A stretch of 64,000 nt of DNA from an uncultured Gammaproteobacteria bacterium (lineage in GTDB: Bacteria; Pseudomonadota; Gammaproteobacteria; Steroidobacterales; BM003). The stretch spans positions 324,715 through 388,714 of the forward strand of contig CAWAOM010000006.1 in NCBI GenBank assembly GCA_963783695.1, read 5' to 3'. Of this stretch, positions 8,927 to 19,157 are shown piece after piece. The number at the start of each line of letters is the position of its first letter. Within the stretch, counting starts at the first letter, position 1. The notes beneath the pieces were generated by a model. The model did not search any database and was not told the DNA's origin. It saw only the letters and a program-made list of their open reading frames with translations. Both the position numbers and the translations under genes were made by a program.

Positions 8927-10226
8927 ACAGACCAGGCAGATCATCGTGCGGCTACTGGGAAACTTCGGTAGCCAAAAGGAAATCCAGCAGTATTTGCGAC
9001 GGTTTTCCAGTATCGAGAGTGAGAAATTCGCCGTGGTTAAAGTCGGTGGCGCCACACTGCATACTCAGCTCGGCGGACTCAGTTCGTCGCTGGCATTCCT
9101 GCAGCAGGTCGGGCTGACCCCGATCGTCGTCCATGGCGGTGGACCGCAACTCGACCTCGCGCTGGAAGCAGAAGGGATAAAGACCGAACGGCTCGACGGG
9201 CTGCGAGTCACGTCGCCATCGGTTCTCAAAATTGCGCGCAAAGTCTTTCAACGCGAGAACCTGCGCCTGGTAGAGGCATTGCGCGAAACCGGAACCCGCG
9301 CCACCTCTATCACCAATGGCGTTTTCGAGGCCGAACTGGTCGACCGCGATCGGCTTGGGCTGGTCGGCGCGGTCACGCAGGTTCACCTCGAAGCAGTCCG
9401 GGCATCGCTGCGCGCAAACATCATCCCGGTTATCTCGCCATTCGGCGAAACCGCCGACGGTCAGATACTGAATATCAACGCGGATATAGCGACCAACGAA
9501 CTGGTTCGCTCGGTCCAGCCTTTCAAAATTATCTTCCTGACCGGTACCGGAGGCATTCTCGATCGCGCGGGTGACGTCATTTCGTCGATCAACCTGAGCA
9601 CCGACTACCGGCTGCTGATGGAGCAGGACTGGCTTCATTCGGGTATGCGGCTGAAACTCGAGCAAATCCACGATTTGTTGAAAGATCTGCCGTTGTCGAC
9701 CTCGATATCGATTACCAAACCGACGCTGCTGGCCAAGGAACTGTTTACCTATCGGGGTTCGGGCACGCTGGTGCGCTTTGGCGAGAGCATTCACCTACAT
9801 CGCGACTGGGACGAGGTCGATCTCGGGCGGCTCAAACAGTTGCTCGAGACAAGTTTCCAGAAGACGTTGAGCCAGGACTATTTTGCAAACGCTGCCGTGG
9901 AAGCGGTGTACCTCAGCGACAGCTACCGTGCCGGCGCGGTCATCACCCGGGTCGGGGATTTCGCCTATCTCGACAAGTTCGCCGTCACCGAAGAGGCGCA
10001 GGGTGAAGGTCTCGGCGGCGCAGTGTGGCACCGGTTCCGCCAGGACTATCCCAGCATTTTCTGGCGCGCGCGTCCGAACAACCCGGTCAATACGTTCTAT
10101 TTCCAACACGCCGACGGGTGCATCAAGGGCAGTGAATGGCATGTGTTCTGGTGCGGTATCGACGATTTCGAGCAAATCAGCCACTGCGTCGACACAGCGA
10201 TGCAAGCGCGTGCGACACTGAGGTAA
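8913..10226 (+). CDS. argB: Bifunctional N-acetylglutamate synthase/kinase (ArgA/B type)
   Basis: N-terminal amino-acid kinase fold (VVKVGG, VVHGGGPQ, NINAD) fused to a C-terminal GNAT-like domain (FAVTEEAQGEGLGG), as in the Xanthomonas bifunctional enzyme. Overlaps the argE 3' end. Alternative TTG start at 8907. Confidence 0.85.
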   Translation: MTTDKQTRQIIVRLLGNFGSQKEIQQYLRRFSSIESEKFAVVKVGGATLHTQLGGLSSSLAFLQQVGLTPIVVHGGGPQLDLALEAEGIKTERLDGLRVTSPSVLKIARKVFQRENLRLVEALRETGTRATSITNGVFEAELVDRDRLGLVGAVTQVHLEAVRASLRANIIPVISPFGETADGQILNINADIATNELVRSVQPFKIIFLTGTGGILDRAGDVISSINLSTDYRLLMEQDWLHSGMRLKLEQIHDLLKDLPLSTSISITKPTLLAKELFTYRGSGTLVRFGESIHLHRDWDEVDLGRLKQLLETSFQKTLSQDYFANAAVEAVYLSDSYRAGAVITRVGDFAYLDKFAVTEEAQGEGLGGAVWHRFRQDYPSIFWRARPNNPVNTFYFQHADGCIKGSEWHVFWCGIDDFEQISHCVDTAMQARATLR

Positions 10227-10230
10227 TCGC

Positions 10231-11184
10231 ATGAGGGAGCCACAAAAAACCGTCGCGCTGATTGGCGCGCGTGGCCATGTCGGCGCAGAGTTAATGCGTC
10301 TGCTGTTTGCCCATCCTGGCTTCGAACTGGTGCTGGTCAGCTCGCGCGAGTATGCCGGTCAGGCGGTCGCCGCGCATGTCGATGGCGCTCCGGACGGCTT
10401 GTTTTTCGCGGCAGCCACGGCGGCACAGGTCGCAGAGCGCGAACCTGACGTTTGCATACTGGCACTGCCAAACGGTCTGGCCGATTCGTGGGTCAGGGCG
10501 ATCGATATGCGACAGCCCCAGACCGTGATTATTGACGTCTCGGCTGACTACCGCTTCGACCCGGGCTGGCATTACGGCCTGCCGGAACTGCGCTCCACTC
10601 CGGCCCATACGACGCGCATTTCGAATCCGGGATGCTATGCCACGGCAATGCAACTGGCGATCGCGCCGGTGGCGAACATTGTCGCCAGCCCGCCACACTG
10701 CTTCGGTGTTTCCGGCTACAGTGGCGCGGGCACTTCACCGTCGCCGCGTAACGACCGCGCGCGTCTGCGCGACAACCTGATACCGTACCAGCCAACAGGA
10801 CACCTGCATGAGCGCGAAGTCAGTTTCCAGTTGCCGACCGCGGTGCGCTTTACTCCGCATGTTGCGTCTTTCTTTCGCGGCATCGCGATGACCGTCGGCA
10901 TGGAACTGGACGATACCTACGAACTCGACGCAATAGTGCAACGTTACCGGGATGCCTATGCCGACGCGCCATTGCTGCGCGTGTCACCGGCAATCCCGGA
11001 AGTCGCCGTCAATGCCGGACACCATCACGCCTGTGTCGGTGGCTTTCAGCTCGACGACTCCGGCCGTTATCTCGTGACATTTGCCACGCTCGATAATCTG
11101 TTGAAAGGCGCGGCAACACAGGCGCTGCAAAACCTCAATCTGGCATGTGGTTTCGCCGAACTCGAGGGAATTCCCAATGACTGA
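10231..11184 (+). CDS. argC: N-acetyl-gamma-glutamyl-phosphate reductase (short type)
   Basis: VALIGARGHVGAEL Rossmann N-terminus and NPGCYAT active-site cysteine motif. Confidence 0.9.
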   Translation: MREPQKTVALIGARGHVGAELMRLLFAHPGFELVLVSSREYAGQAVAAHVDGAPDGLFFAAATAAQVAEREPDVCILALPNGLADSWVRAIDMRQPQTVIIDVSADYRFDPGWHYGLPELRSTPAHTTRISNPGCYATAMQLAIAPVANIVASPPHCFGVSGYSGAGTSPSPRNDRARLRDNLIPYQPTGHLHEREVSFQLPTAVRFTPHVASFFRGIAMTVGMELDDTYELDAIVQRYRDAYADAPLLRVSPAIPEVAVNAGHHHACVGGFQLDDSGRYLVTFATLDNLLKGAATQALQNLNLACGFAELEGIPND

Positions 11185-12496
11185 TTTTCTGTGGCAGAAA
11201 CCCGGCACCCGGATCGACGAGCGAATCATGCGGTTCATGGCCGGCGCTGACGTGGAACTCGATCGCCACCTGTTCCTGTACGATATTCGCGCCTCGCGAG
11301 TGCACGCCGCCGGACTGGCGCGAATCAACGTCCTCAGCGAGACTGAGGCGGACGCGATCTGTACGGAACTCGATCGCCTCGCAACACGTTTCGACGACGG
11401 CGACTTCGTCCTCGACCAGCGCTTCGAGGACGGCCACTCGGCAATCGAGGCATGGCTGACCGAGCATCTCGGCGATGTCGGCAAGAAAGTACATACCGGC
11501 CGCAGTCGCAACGACCAGGTTCTCGTCGCCAGCCGGTTGCTGCTGCGCGACAGCCTGGCGACGCTGGCCGATTTATGCGAACAAACCGCGGGCGCGTGTC
11601 TCGAACAGGCCCATGGCAGCGGCGCTATGCCAATGCCCGGCTACACTCATCTGCAGCGCGCCGTCGTCTCATCCGTTGCCACCTGGTTTGCTGCGTTTGC
11701 CGAAGGCTTCATCGATAACGGCCGACTTGCGCTCGACTGCGCGCATTGGATCGATGCCAATCCACTCGGCACCGCGGCAGGGTTCGGCGTGAACCTGCCG
11801 CTCGACCGCGCGTTCGTGACGTCTGAGCTGGAATTCTCACGAACCCAGGTCAACCCGATCTACGCCCAAAACAGCCGCGGAAAATTTGAACTGCAGACGT
11901 TGACCGTGCTGGCTCAGTCACTGCTGGACGTGCGCCGCTATGCCTGGGATCTGTCGCTTTTCACGACCGCCGAATTTGGCTTCGTCAGCCTGCCGGATGC
12001 ATTTACAACCGGCTCCTCGATCATGCCCAATAAGCGCAATCCCGATCTCGTCGAATTATTGCGGGCCAGTTACCCCACGGTGCAGGGCGCCATGACCGAA
12101 TTGCAAAGCCTGTTGTCGCTACCCTCCGGCTATCACCGCGATCTGCAAAACACAAAGGGGCCTCTGATTCGTGCGCTCGTCCATGGTCTCGACGCAATGG
12201 CGCTGATGCCCGATCTCGTGCGCGCTACGAAATTCATTGCCGAGCGCCTCGAAGCTGCGCTGGAACCGTCGATGTATGCGACCGACCGGGCCATCGAGAT
12301 GACCGCATCGGGCATTCCCTTTCGCGACGCCTACCGCCGCGTTCGCGAGCAATACGACAGCCTCGCCGAATGCACCGCCGCCGACAGCATCGCCGCCCGG
12401 GTATCGCCCGGCGCCCCGGGGGACCTGCAACTCGGGGTTCTCGGCAAACGCCTCGAGGAGTTGCGCAAGATACGGCGCTCGGACACGTCTTCATGA
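11177..12496 (+). CDS. argH: Argininosuccinate lyase
   Basis: Fumarate-lyase signature GSSIMPNKRNPD. Start at ATG 11177 (MTDFLWQKPG) overlaps the argC end by 8 nt. Confidence 0.9.
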   Translation: MTDFLWQKPGTRIDERIMRFMAGADVELDRHLFLYDIRASRVHAAGLARINVLSETEADAICTELDRLATRFDDGDFVLDQRFEDGHSAIEAWLTEHLGDVGKKVHTGRSRNDQVLVASRLLLRDSLATLADLCEQTAGACLEQAHGSGAMPMPGYTHLQRAVVSSVATWFAAFAEGFIDNGRLALDCAHWIDANPLGTAAGFGVNLPLDRAFVTSELEFSRTQVNPIYAQNSRGKFELQTLTVLAQSLLDVRRYAWDLSLFTTAEFGFVSLPDAFTTGSSIMPNKRNPDLVELLRASYPTVQGAMTELQSLLSLPSGYHRDLQNTKGPLIRALVHGLDAMALMPDLVRATKFIAERLEAALEPSMYATDRAIEMTASGIPFRDAYRRVREQYDSLAECTAADSIAARVSPGAPGDLQLGVLGKRLEELRKIRRSDTSS

Positions 12497-12948
12497 CTAC
12501 ACCCGATGCCGCAACGAATAATTGCTTTGTCTGCGGCAGCCGCAACCCGATCGGTCTCGCTATCGAGTTCCGCATGGCCGACGGTGTGTGTCGGGCTGAG
12601 TTCACACCGGGCAGCAATCACATCGGCTGGGATAGCGTGGTTCACGGTGGCATCCTGTTCGCCGCGCTCGACGACGTAATGGCCAATTGTCTGTACCTGC
12701 AGGGACTGCACGGTTTTACCGCCGCCTGCGATTTGCGCTTCCGCCACCCTGTCCAGGTCGGCGCCCGGCTGGCATTGAGCGGTTGGCCGCTGCGCCAGCG
12801 TGGGCGACTGGTCACGATGCGGGGACTTATCGAGGATGCGAGTGACGCCACCTTGTATGCCGAGTGCGAAGCACGCTTTATCATCCCGCGCGAAGCTGCC
12901 GCCAAAGCCGCCACACTGCTCGTCGGCACAGCGGGCATCGCGAGCTGA
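12493..12948 (+). CDS. PaaI-family hotdog-fold thioesterase
   Basis: MTTPDAATNNCFVCGSRNPIGLAIEF...VHGGILFAALDDVM, typical of PaaI/4HBT-II. ATG 12493 overlaps the argH stop (ATGA). Confidence 0.75.
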   Translation: MTTPDAATNNCFVCGSRNPIGLAIEFRMADGVCRAEFTPGSNHIGWDSVVHGGILFAALDDVMANCLYLQGLHGFTAACDLRFRHPVQVGARLALSGWPLRQRGRLVTMRGLIEDASDATLYAECEARFIIPREAAAKAATLLVGTAGIAS

Positions 12949-12963
12949 AGATGGCGCGGCAGT

Positions 12964-13446
12964 TCAGTCGAGACGTTGCCGCGACAGCGTGAAATGCTCC
13001 GGCGCGCGGTCGGACACAGCGGCAACGAAGCGCGCAAATAGCGGCCGGGCCGGCAGATGCACGAGATGACTGACACAACGGCAGTCGCTCGAACCGAATC
13101 CCGGCGCAGGCATTTGCGCGCCGGGCAGCGTGGCCGCGACTTCCGCCCATAGATGCTCGCGACGCGCCGGGTCGTGGCTGAACCAGAACTCTGTCATCGC
13201 CGTTTGACGGCGTAAATAGTCGATATGCCAGTGCAGTCGTTCGCCTGACCCAAGATGACGACGCAGTCGTGCGGACAGTCCGCCGGGGCCAAACGCGCTA
13301 CCTGCATAGCCGGCCCAGCCGCAAGCGAGTCGTAACGTTCCAAGCGCACCGCATTCAAACTCAACCGCCTCATCGAGGCGATACCAGGCAAAGTAACTGC
13401 CCGTTCCGGCCGGCAGCCCCTGCGCATAACGAGACCTGGCGATCAC
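12964..13446 (-). CDS. DUF123 protein (GIY-YIG nuclease superfamily)
   Basis: GYAGSAFGPGGLSARLRRH and HWHIDYL motifs are DUF123 hallmarks. Confidence 0.7.
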   Translation of the reverse strand: MIARSRYAQGLPAGTGSYFAWYRLDEAVEFECGALGTLRLACGWAGYAGSAFGPGGLSARLRRHLGSGERLHWHIDYLRRQTAMTEFWFSHDPARREHLWAEVAATLPGAQMPAPGFGSSDCRCVSHLVHLPARPLFARFVAAVSDRAPEHFTLSRQRLD

Positions 13447-13473
13447 CCGCCGCGGCGCATCGAGCCCTGACCG

Positions 13474-16338
13474 CTAGGGCGCATCACCGCGCAAATCAAT
13501 CAAACCGCCGGCCGTGGTCGGTGCGGCACCGATCGGGCTACGCCGCCATTCGTCATCGACCCGGCGCAATTCGTAAGCCGGCCAGTATCTCTCATCGATC
13601 TTGAGCGTCAGCACTTCTATCTTATCGTTCCATGTCACTGTCTTGATACGCAGCGATTCACGATCCGCCTTATGACTGACCGCGGCAACAAACGCGTCAA
13701 GGTCAGGTGTCGGCTGACCGTCGATTTCCACAATCCGCCGTCCGGCCCAAAGACTGTAACGGCTGGCCGGCGAGCCATAGGCAAAATACGCAACATAGAC
13801 ACCCTCGGGCAGAATGCCGCGCTGTGCCGGCAGCGCCCTGTGCGGCGCCTGCAGAACCGCGCCCGCCCAGTACACAATGCGATCGACGCCATGACCGGTC
13901 AGGGTCGCGGTCTGCAGGGTTTCGCTAAGTTCCTCGCCATTGCGCCACAACGTGACCGTGACCTCGTCCTTTTGCACCCGGCGTTCCACCTCACGGTAGG
14001 TGTTAACGATCTCGCCGTCGATGGCCAGCAGGAGATCGCCGGGGCGCAACACCCCCGCAGCCGGAGAACCCGCCACCGTGCGCACGACCTGCAAAGCCTG
14101 GCGCCGCTGCGGGCTGTGTTTCTCCAGGCTATTTATCCGTTCCGCCGGCACGCCGAGATCACGCACCGTCGCCAGGGGCAGCAGGCGCAATTCAGTTTCG
14201 AGCGAGTGCAGTTCGCGGCCTTCGCGAACGAGGCCCACCATTTCCTCTACGATGTCACCGGCGATCCCGAACGTTACCTGCTCCAGCTTCTTGTTGGGTC
14301 CCTCGTAGGCAAAACTCGACCAGGTAGCCATTACCCGGCCCTTGGAGTCGAGCAGAACGCCATCGACGTTGCCGGGCGCATTGACGACCGCGATGGTCTC
14401 GAGGTTGGTATCGCGAAAACGCAACGTGCGCGACAACGGAAACCCGACCGCATCAACGGCCGCGACCTGGCTTTTCTGAATGAAAGGATTGCTATTGCCC
14501 TTGAGTCCCGCTACCCATATTTCGTCACCCTCCTCGGCAACTTCACGACTGAACACAGCCGTGCGGACCGGCGTGTCACCGATCAACTCCGGGTTGTAGG
14601 AAATAACGGCGAGATTGTGCAACGGGTGGATGTATTCGACCCGACCCGGTACCTCGACGGTTCCGGCAAACGTAATTTGCACGTCTCCCATCGCGACCGG
14701 AACGGTATTGCGGTCGACGACGATAAGTCCACGCTCCGCATCGACCACCAGTCCGGTACCGTGATAGTGACGTTCCGACACACCCGAAATAATGTACGGC
14801 ATGTCGAAGTTCACGAGCACCAGCGACGGTGCGATTTTCCGCGCCCGCGAGTCGCCGTTGGTAACGAAGTCAGTTGAGGCAGGCGCAGGAGGTGCCGCAC
14901 TGCCCACTTCCGGCAGCGGCTCGCACGGCCAGTATCCCAGTTGATCATCGCGACGGCAGTAACGCGCCGGATACCACTGCCGGTCGATATTGACGCTGCG
15001 CAGCTTTGTCGTCTGCGGATCATCGAAAGTGAAATAGCGGATGGTGGCCTGCTGTCCGTCCGCGAGCTCACGAACCTTGCCGACGAACGTGTCCAGGTCC
15101 GGAACCGGCTGCCCATTCAGCTGCGCAATCACCGCACCACGCGGGATACCGGAAGCGCTGAACATATACCCCGGATTGGCCACGAACACACCCATGGCCG
15201 GCATATTCAGATGGCGTGCCTGCTGATACGAAACGGTGTGCAGGACAGCATCGCTGATTTCCAGGTACGCCGCGGGCGTGATCGAATGCAGATCGACGAC
15301 ATCGAGCGAGAAACCGAAACGCTCGCCGCCGCGTTGCACCTCTACCGTTACGTTGTCGCCGACCGAACTGTCGAGCAAAGACTCCAGCGCGGCGAACCGG
15401 GTAACCAGTTCACCATCGACCGCGATCAGGATATCGCCAGGTTCCAGCTGGCGTTGCGCCGGCGAGCCTGGAACGACCTGCTGCACCACCAGCATGCCGG
15501 TCTGGTCCGGTTGAGCCGCACGGGCCCGCGCCTCGATGTCCTCACTCAGACCGAGGCGGCGCAACTCACCGTAAGAGGTGTGCGCAAATATTGTCATCAG
15601 CGTACCGCGGGTGACAATGCCGTCGCCGCGGACGATGTCTACCGCCCGCCGCACCCGCTCCAGGGGCAGGAAAAAACTCGATGCTGCCTGTGCGCTTCCG
15701 CCAGCATTCAACGCCACGGCATTGCCGTCGGCATCGACTACCGGGGACCCCGACGAACCGCCCGACGTCCCCGAGGCCGCCTGGATATAGAAGGTATTGA
15801 AATCGTTGTATTTCCCACGGCCATAATTGGGCGCGCCGCGATCCAGCTTGGCAATCGTGCCGGCCAGTATCGACAGCTGTTCACCGGCATCATTGCCGAC
15901 AACCCGAATTTCCCGACCAACCTCAGCGCGGTCGGGTCGCAACGGAAACTCGTAGGGCTCGATGAATTTAAGCGCGGACGGGTCAAAACGATACAGCCCG
16001 AAATCGTGAACCGGATCTCTGTAGACCGGCTTCAGATCGACCTCTTCGTTGTTCAGAAAAACCGCCTGGGCAGTCACCGGGCCGGAGGTCACAACATGAC
16101 GATTGGTCAGAATAAGGCCCTGCTCGCGGTCGACCACGAAACCGGTCGCCTGGGTCGTCTGATTCCACTCGGTGTCAAAGGCCCGCACCCCGTCGACCTT
16201 AATGGAAACGACGCCGGTCGAAATTTCCTCGAGCGTACGCCGCCAGGCACCGGTTTCCTGGGCAAACCCGGCAGCGGCAAAAAACAGCAAAAAAAGCGTG
16301 GCAATCGGTCGCATCATGTCCCTTTGAGTAAAATTCAT
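13474..16338 (-). CDS. Large secreted trypsin-like serine protease with duplicated HtrA-like modules and PDZ domains (Nma111-like architecture)
   Basis: Signal peptide MMRPIATLFLLFFAAAGFAQE. Active module: GFVVDREQGLILTNRHVV ... ASGTSGGSSGSPVVDADGNAVALNAGG. Second module is degenerate: GLVVDAERGLIVVDRNTV, with no GxSGS. The start ATG at 16338 overlaps the stop of the upstream kinase gene; ATG 16317 is an alternative. Confidence 0.8.
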   Translation of the reverse strand: MNFTQRDMMRPIATLFLLFFAAAGFAQETGAWRRTLEEISTGVVSIKVDGVRAFDTEWNQTTQATGFVVDREQGLILTNRHVVTSGPVTAQAVFLNNEEVDLKPVYRDPVHDFGLYRFDPSALKFIEPYEFPLRPDRAEVGREIRVVGNDAGEQLSILAGTIAKLDRGAPNYGRGKYNDFNTFYIQAASGTSGGSSGSPVVDADGNAVALNAGGSAQAASSFFLPLERVRRAVDIVRGDGIVTRGTLMTIFAHTSYGELRRLGLSEDIEARARAAQPDQTGMLVVQQVVPGSPAQRQLEPGDILIAVDGELVTRFAALESLLDSSVGDNVTVEVQRGGERFGFSLDVVDLHSITPAAYLEISDAVLHTVSYQQARHLNMPAMGVFVANPGYMFSASGIPRGAVIAQLNGQPVPDLDTFVGKVRELADGQQATIRYFTFDDPQTTKLRSVNIDRQWYPARYCRRDDQLGYWPCEPLPEVGSAAPPAPASTDFVTNGDSRARKIAPSLVLVNFDMPYIISGVSERHYHGTGLVVDAERGLIVVDRNTVPVAMGDVQITFAGTVEVPGRVEYIHPLHNLAVISYNPELIGDTPVRTAVFSREVAEEGDEIWVAGLKGNSNPFIQKSQVAAVDAVGFPLSRTLRFRDTNLETIAVVNAPGNVDGVLLDSKGRVMATWSSFAYEGPNKKLEQVTFGIAGDIVEEMVGLVREGRELHSLETELRLLPLATVRDLGVPAERINSLEKHSPQRRQALQVVRTVAGSPAAGVLRPGDLLLAIDGEIVNTYREVERRVQKDEVTVTLWRNGEELSETLQTATLTGHGVDRIVYWAGAVLQAPHRALPAQRGILPEGVYVAYFAYGSPASRYSLWAGRRIVEIDGQPTPDLDAFVAAVSHKADRESLRIKTVTWNDKIEVLTLKIDERYWPAYELRRVDDEWRRSPIGAAPTTAGGLIDLRGDAP

Positions 16339-17273
16339 ACGTGCAGTTCCCTTGCAAAACTCTTGCGGTAGCGTTCGCGGAATGCCTCGGGCGAAAACGT
16401 ATGGTTCTGGGTCCCGTACGACTCTATCTTGATCGCCCCCATCAACGACGCGATCCGTCCGGTTGTTTCCCAGTCGCATTCGTTCATAAGACCGAACAAC
16501 AGCCCGGCGCGATAGGCATCGCCGCACCCGGTCGGGTCAAGCGCTTCCGCGATGGCTGCCGCCGGGATGTCGTGCCGGTTACCCTGCAAATACACCACCG
16601 AACCTTGATGGCCACGGGTGATCAGCAGCGCATCGACCCGTTCCGAAATCTGCGCCGGCGCGAGCCCGGTGCGTTGTGACAATAGTTCGCCCTCATAGTC
16701 GTTTACTGTGACCCACGTCGCGAGCTCGATGAATCGGCGCAACTCCGGGCCATTGAACATTGGCAGGCCCTGCCCCGGATCGAACATAAATGGAATACCG
16801 GCATCGGCAAATTCCTCGGCGTGGGCGAGCATGCCGTCACGGCCATCCGGTGATAACAGACCCATAGTGATGCCGGCGTCGGTCGGTACGTGATTGAGTT
16901 CGGAACGATTCATCGCGCCGGGATGGAAAGCGGTTATCTGATTGTCATCCAGGTCAGTCGTGATATAGGCCTGGGCGGTAAACTCGTCATCGAGCCTGCG
17001 AATGAACCTGCGATCCACATCGCACCCCTTCATCCATTCCGCATAACTCGAAAAATCCTTGCCGACGGTCGCCATCGGATAGCCATCGCCACCGAGTTGT
17101 TTCAGGTTGTAGGCAATATTTCCCGCACAACCGCCGAATTCGCGGCGCATCCGCGGTACCAGAAACGCCACATTCAGCATATGTATCTTGTCCGCGAGGA
17201 TGTGTTCGCTGAATCGTCCCGGAAAAACCATGATCGTGTCATACGCGACGGAGCCGCAGATTAGTGCCGTCAT
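16335..17273 (-). CDS. PfkB-family carbohydrate/nucleoside kinase (adenosine-kinase-like)
   Basis: GGCAGNIAYNL and DPTGCGDAYRAGLLFG PfkB signatures. Confidence 0.8.
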   Translation of the reverse strand: MTALICGSVAYDTIMVFPGRFSEHILADKIHMLNVAFLVPRMRREFGGCAGNIAYNLKQLGGDGYPMATVGKDFSSYAEWMKGCDVDRRFIRRLDDEFTAQAYITTDLDDNQITAFHPGAMNRSELNHVPTDAGITMGLLSPDGRDGMLAHAEEFADAGIPFMFDPGQGLPMFNGPELRRFIELATWVTVNDYEGELLSQRTGLAPAQISERVDALLITRGHQGSVVYLQGNRHDIPAAAIAEALDPTGCGDAYRAGLLFGLMNECDWETTGRIASLMGAIKIESYGTQNHTFSPEAFRERYRKSFARELHV

Positions 17274-17294
17274 TGGAATTCCTCTTTGGTGAGG

Positions 17295-17684
17295 CTAGAA
17301 CAGAACGATAATGGCCCAGACCAGTCCGGCGAGAATCGTGGCAAACATTACCGACGTCGACGCAACATCTTTCGCCATACCGGACAAAGGGTCGATCTCC
17401 GTGCCGATGCGATCTACAACCACCTCGATGGCAGTGTTGAGCATCTCGACAATAAGAAGGATCAGCAAACTGGAAATCAGCAGGGCCCGCTCAACCTTGC
17501 TGACATCGAGCCAGAACGCGAGCGGAATCAGGATCATCGTAGCGATCGCTTCCATGCGGAAGGCTTCCTCGCTGCGAAAAATCGCCTTCAGACCACGCAT
17601 CGAATTACGAATAGCCGAGAACAGCCGGGTCAGACCCCGATAATTATGGACTTCGGGCCTCACTGCTTCGCCTGTGGGTTCCAT
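17295..17684 (-). CDS. dgkA: Diacylglycerol kinase
   Basis: 129 aa, three TM segments, and [15 protein letters not shown] conserved DgkA motif. The 5' end overlaps the gcvPB 3' end by 25 nt. Confidence 0.88.
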   Translation of the reverse strand: MEPTGEAVRPEVHNYRGLTRLFSAIRNSMRGLKAIFRSEEAFRMEAIATMILIPLAFWLDVSKVERALLISSLLILLIVEMLNTAIEVVVDRIGTEIDPLSGMAKDVASTSVMFATILAGLVWAIIVLF

Positions 17685-19126
17685 GCAAGGTCGAGGTGGC
17701 GTGCCGCCCGGACATCGTCGAGACGGCGTACCGGGGTCGAGTAAGGCGCGCCCTTAAGCAGGTCCGGCTCGTTCTTCGCCTCTTCGCGTATTGCCGCCAA
17801 CGCGTCGACAAAACCGTCGAGGTCTTCCTTGGCTTCGGTCTCGGTGGGCTCTATAAGCAGACACTCGGGAATCAGCAGCGGAAAATAAGTCGTCGGCGCG
17901 TGATAACCATAATCGAGCAGACGCTTTGCAAAATCCATCGCGGTGACACCGAGTTCCCGCGCCTCGCTTTTCAACGTCACAATGAACTCATGACTGGCGC
18001 GGCGGTCCGGTACGGCAAGGGTAAAGCCGGCCTTCTCCAGCCGCCGGGCCAGATAGTTGGCATTGAGCGTTGCAAATTCGCCAACCCGACGCATTCCGTC
18101 GCGCCCGAGCATCCGCATATAGACATAGGCCCGCAGCAATACCCCGGCATTGCCCATAAACGCCGAAAGCGGCCCGATCGTTGCGGGACGTTCGGATTCG
18201 CCAAGCCAGCGGAACCGGTCGTCTTTGCGCTCAACTATCGGGACCGGCAGATACGGCAACAGCCGTTCGCCGACACCGACCGCCCCGGAACCGGGGCCGC
18301 CACCACCATGCGGTGTGGAGAAGGTCTTGTGCAGATTCATATGAATCACATCGAAACCCATGTCGCCCGGCCGGGCCTTACCGAGAATCGCGTTGAGATT
18401 GGCACCGTCGTAGTAAAGCAAGCCGCCGGCAGCATGAACGATTTCGGAGACCTCGACGATATGGCGCTCGAATACGCCGAGCGTCGAGGGGTTGGTCAGC
18501 ATGATACCGGCCGTGCGCGGCCCGACTGCCGCCTTCAGCGCCTCGATATCGACATCGCCGTCCGCCAGCGTTGGCAACTCCTTGACCTTGCACCCGCACA
18601 TAACCGCGGTCGCCGGATTGGTGCCATGCGCGGCCTCCGGCACCAGAATTTCGTCGCGCTCATGATCGCCGCGGGCATGATGATAGGCCTTGATCATCGC
18701 AACTCCGGCAAACTCGCCCTGGGCGCCCGCCATCGGGGTCAGCGACACACCACGCATACCGGTGACGTCTTTCAACATCTCCTGCAACTCCCACAGGATT
18801 TGCATAAAACCCTGACCATGACTGGCCGGCCCAAGCGGATGCCGCGACAAAAACTCGGGCAGCATGGCCAGTGTATTGCAGGCACGCGGGTTGTACTTCA
18901 TGGTGCACGACCCGAGCGGGTAGAAGTGAGTATCAATGGAAAAGTTCTTTTGCGACACGCGGGTATAGTGGCGCACCGCCTGCAATTCCGAAACGGCAGG
19001 CAACGCGGGCGGCGTCTCGCGGCGCAAATTCTCCGGAACGTCCGCGTCAGCCAGTTCCAGCGGCGCCTGCGCATAAGCACTGCGACCATCACGGGAATAC
19101 TCGAATATCAGTTTTGCGTCGCTCAT
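17660..19126 (-). CDS. gcvPB: Glycine dehydrogenase (decarboxylating) subunit 2
   Basis: [18 protein letters not shown]..., PLP-lysine region [16 protein letters not shown]. Start set to ATG 19126; the ORF-track start at 19165 would overlap tpx. Confidence 0.9.
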   Translation of the reverse strand: MSDAKLIFEYSRDGRSAYAQAPLELADADVPENLRRETPPALPAVSELQAVRHYTRVSQKNFSIDTHFYPLGSCTMKYNPRACNTLAMLPEFLSRHPLGPASHGQGFMQILWELQEMLKDVTGMRGVSLTPMAGAQGEFAGVAMIKAYHHARGDHERDEILVPEAAHGTNPATAVMCGCKVKELPTLADGDVDIEALKAAVGPRTAGIMLTNPSTLGVFERHIVEVSEIVHAAGGLLYYDGANLNAILGKARPGDMGFDVIHMNLHKTFSTPHGGGGPGSGAVGVGERLLPYLPVPIVERKDDRFRWLGESERPATIGPLSAFMGNAGVLLRAYVYMRMLGRDGMRRVGEFATLNANYLARRLEKAGFTLAVPDRRASHEFIVTLKSEARELGVTAMDFAKRLLDYGYHAPTTYFPLLIPECLLIEPTETEAKEDLDGFVDALAAIREEAKNEPDLLKGAPYSTPVRRLDDVRAARHLDLAWNPQAKQ

Positions 19127-19157
19127 TTTATTTGCATCCTGATCGCCGGCCGCGGCC

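Noticed and set aside
13672-16371. Two long plus-strand ORFs (401 aa and 476 aa)
   Set aside because: Both lie antisense to the Nma111-like protease gene, which has clear catalytic and PDZ motifs. Their composition is Arg-rich shadow-frame.
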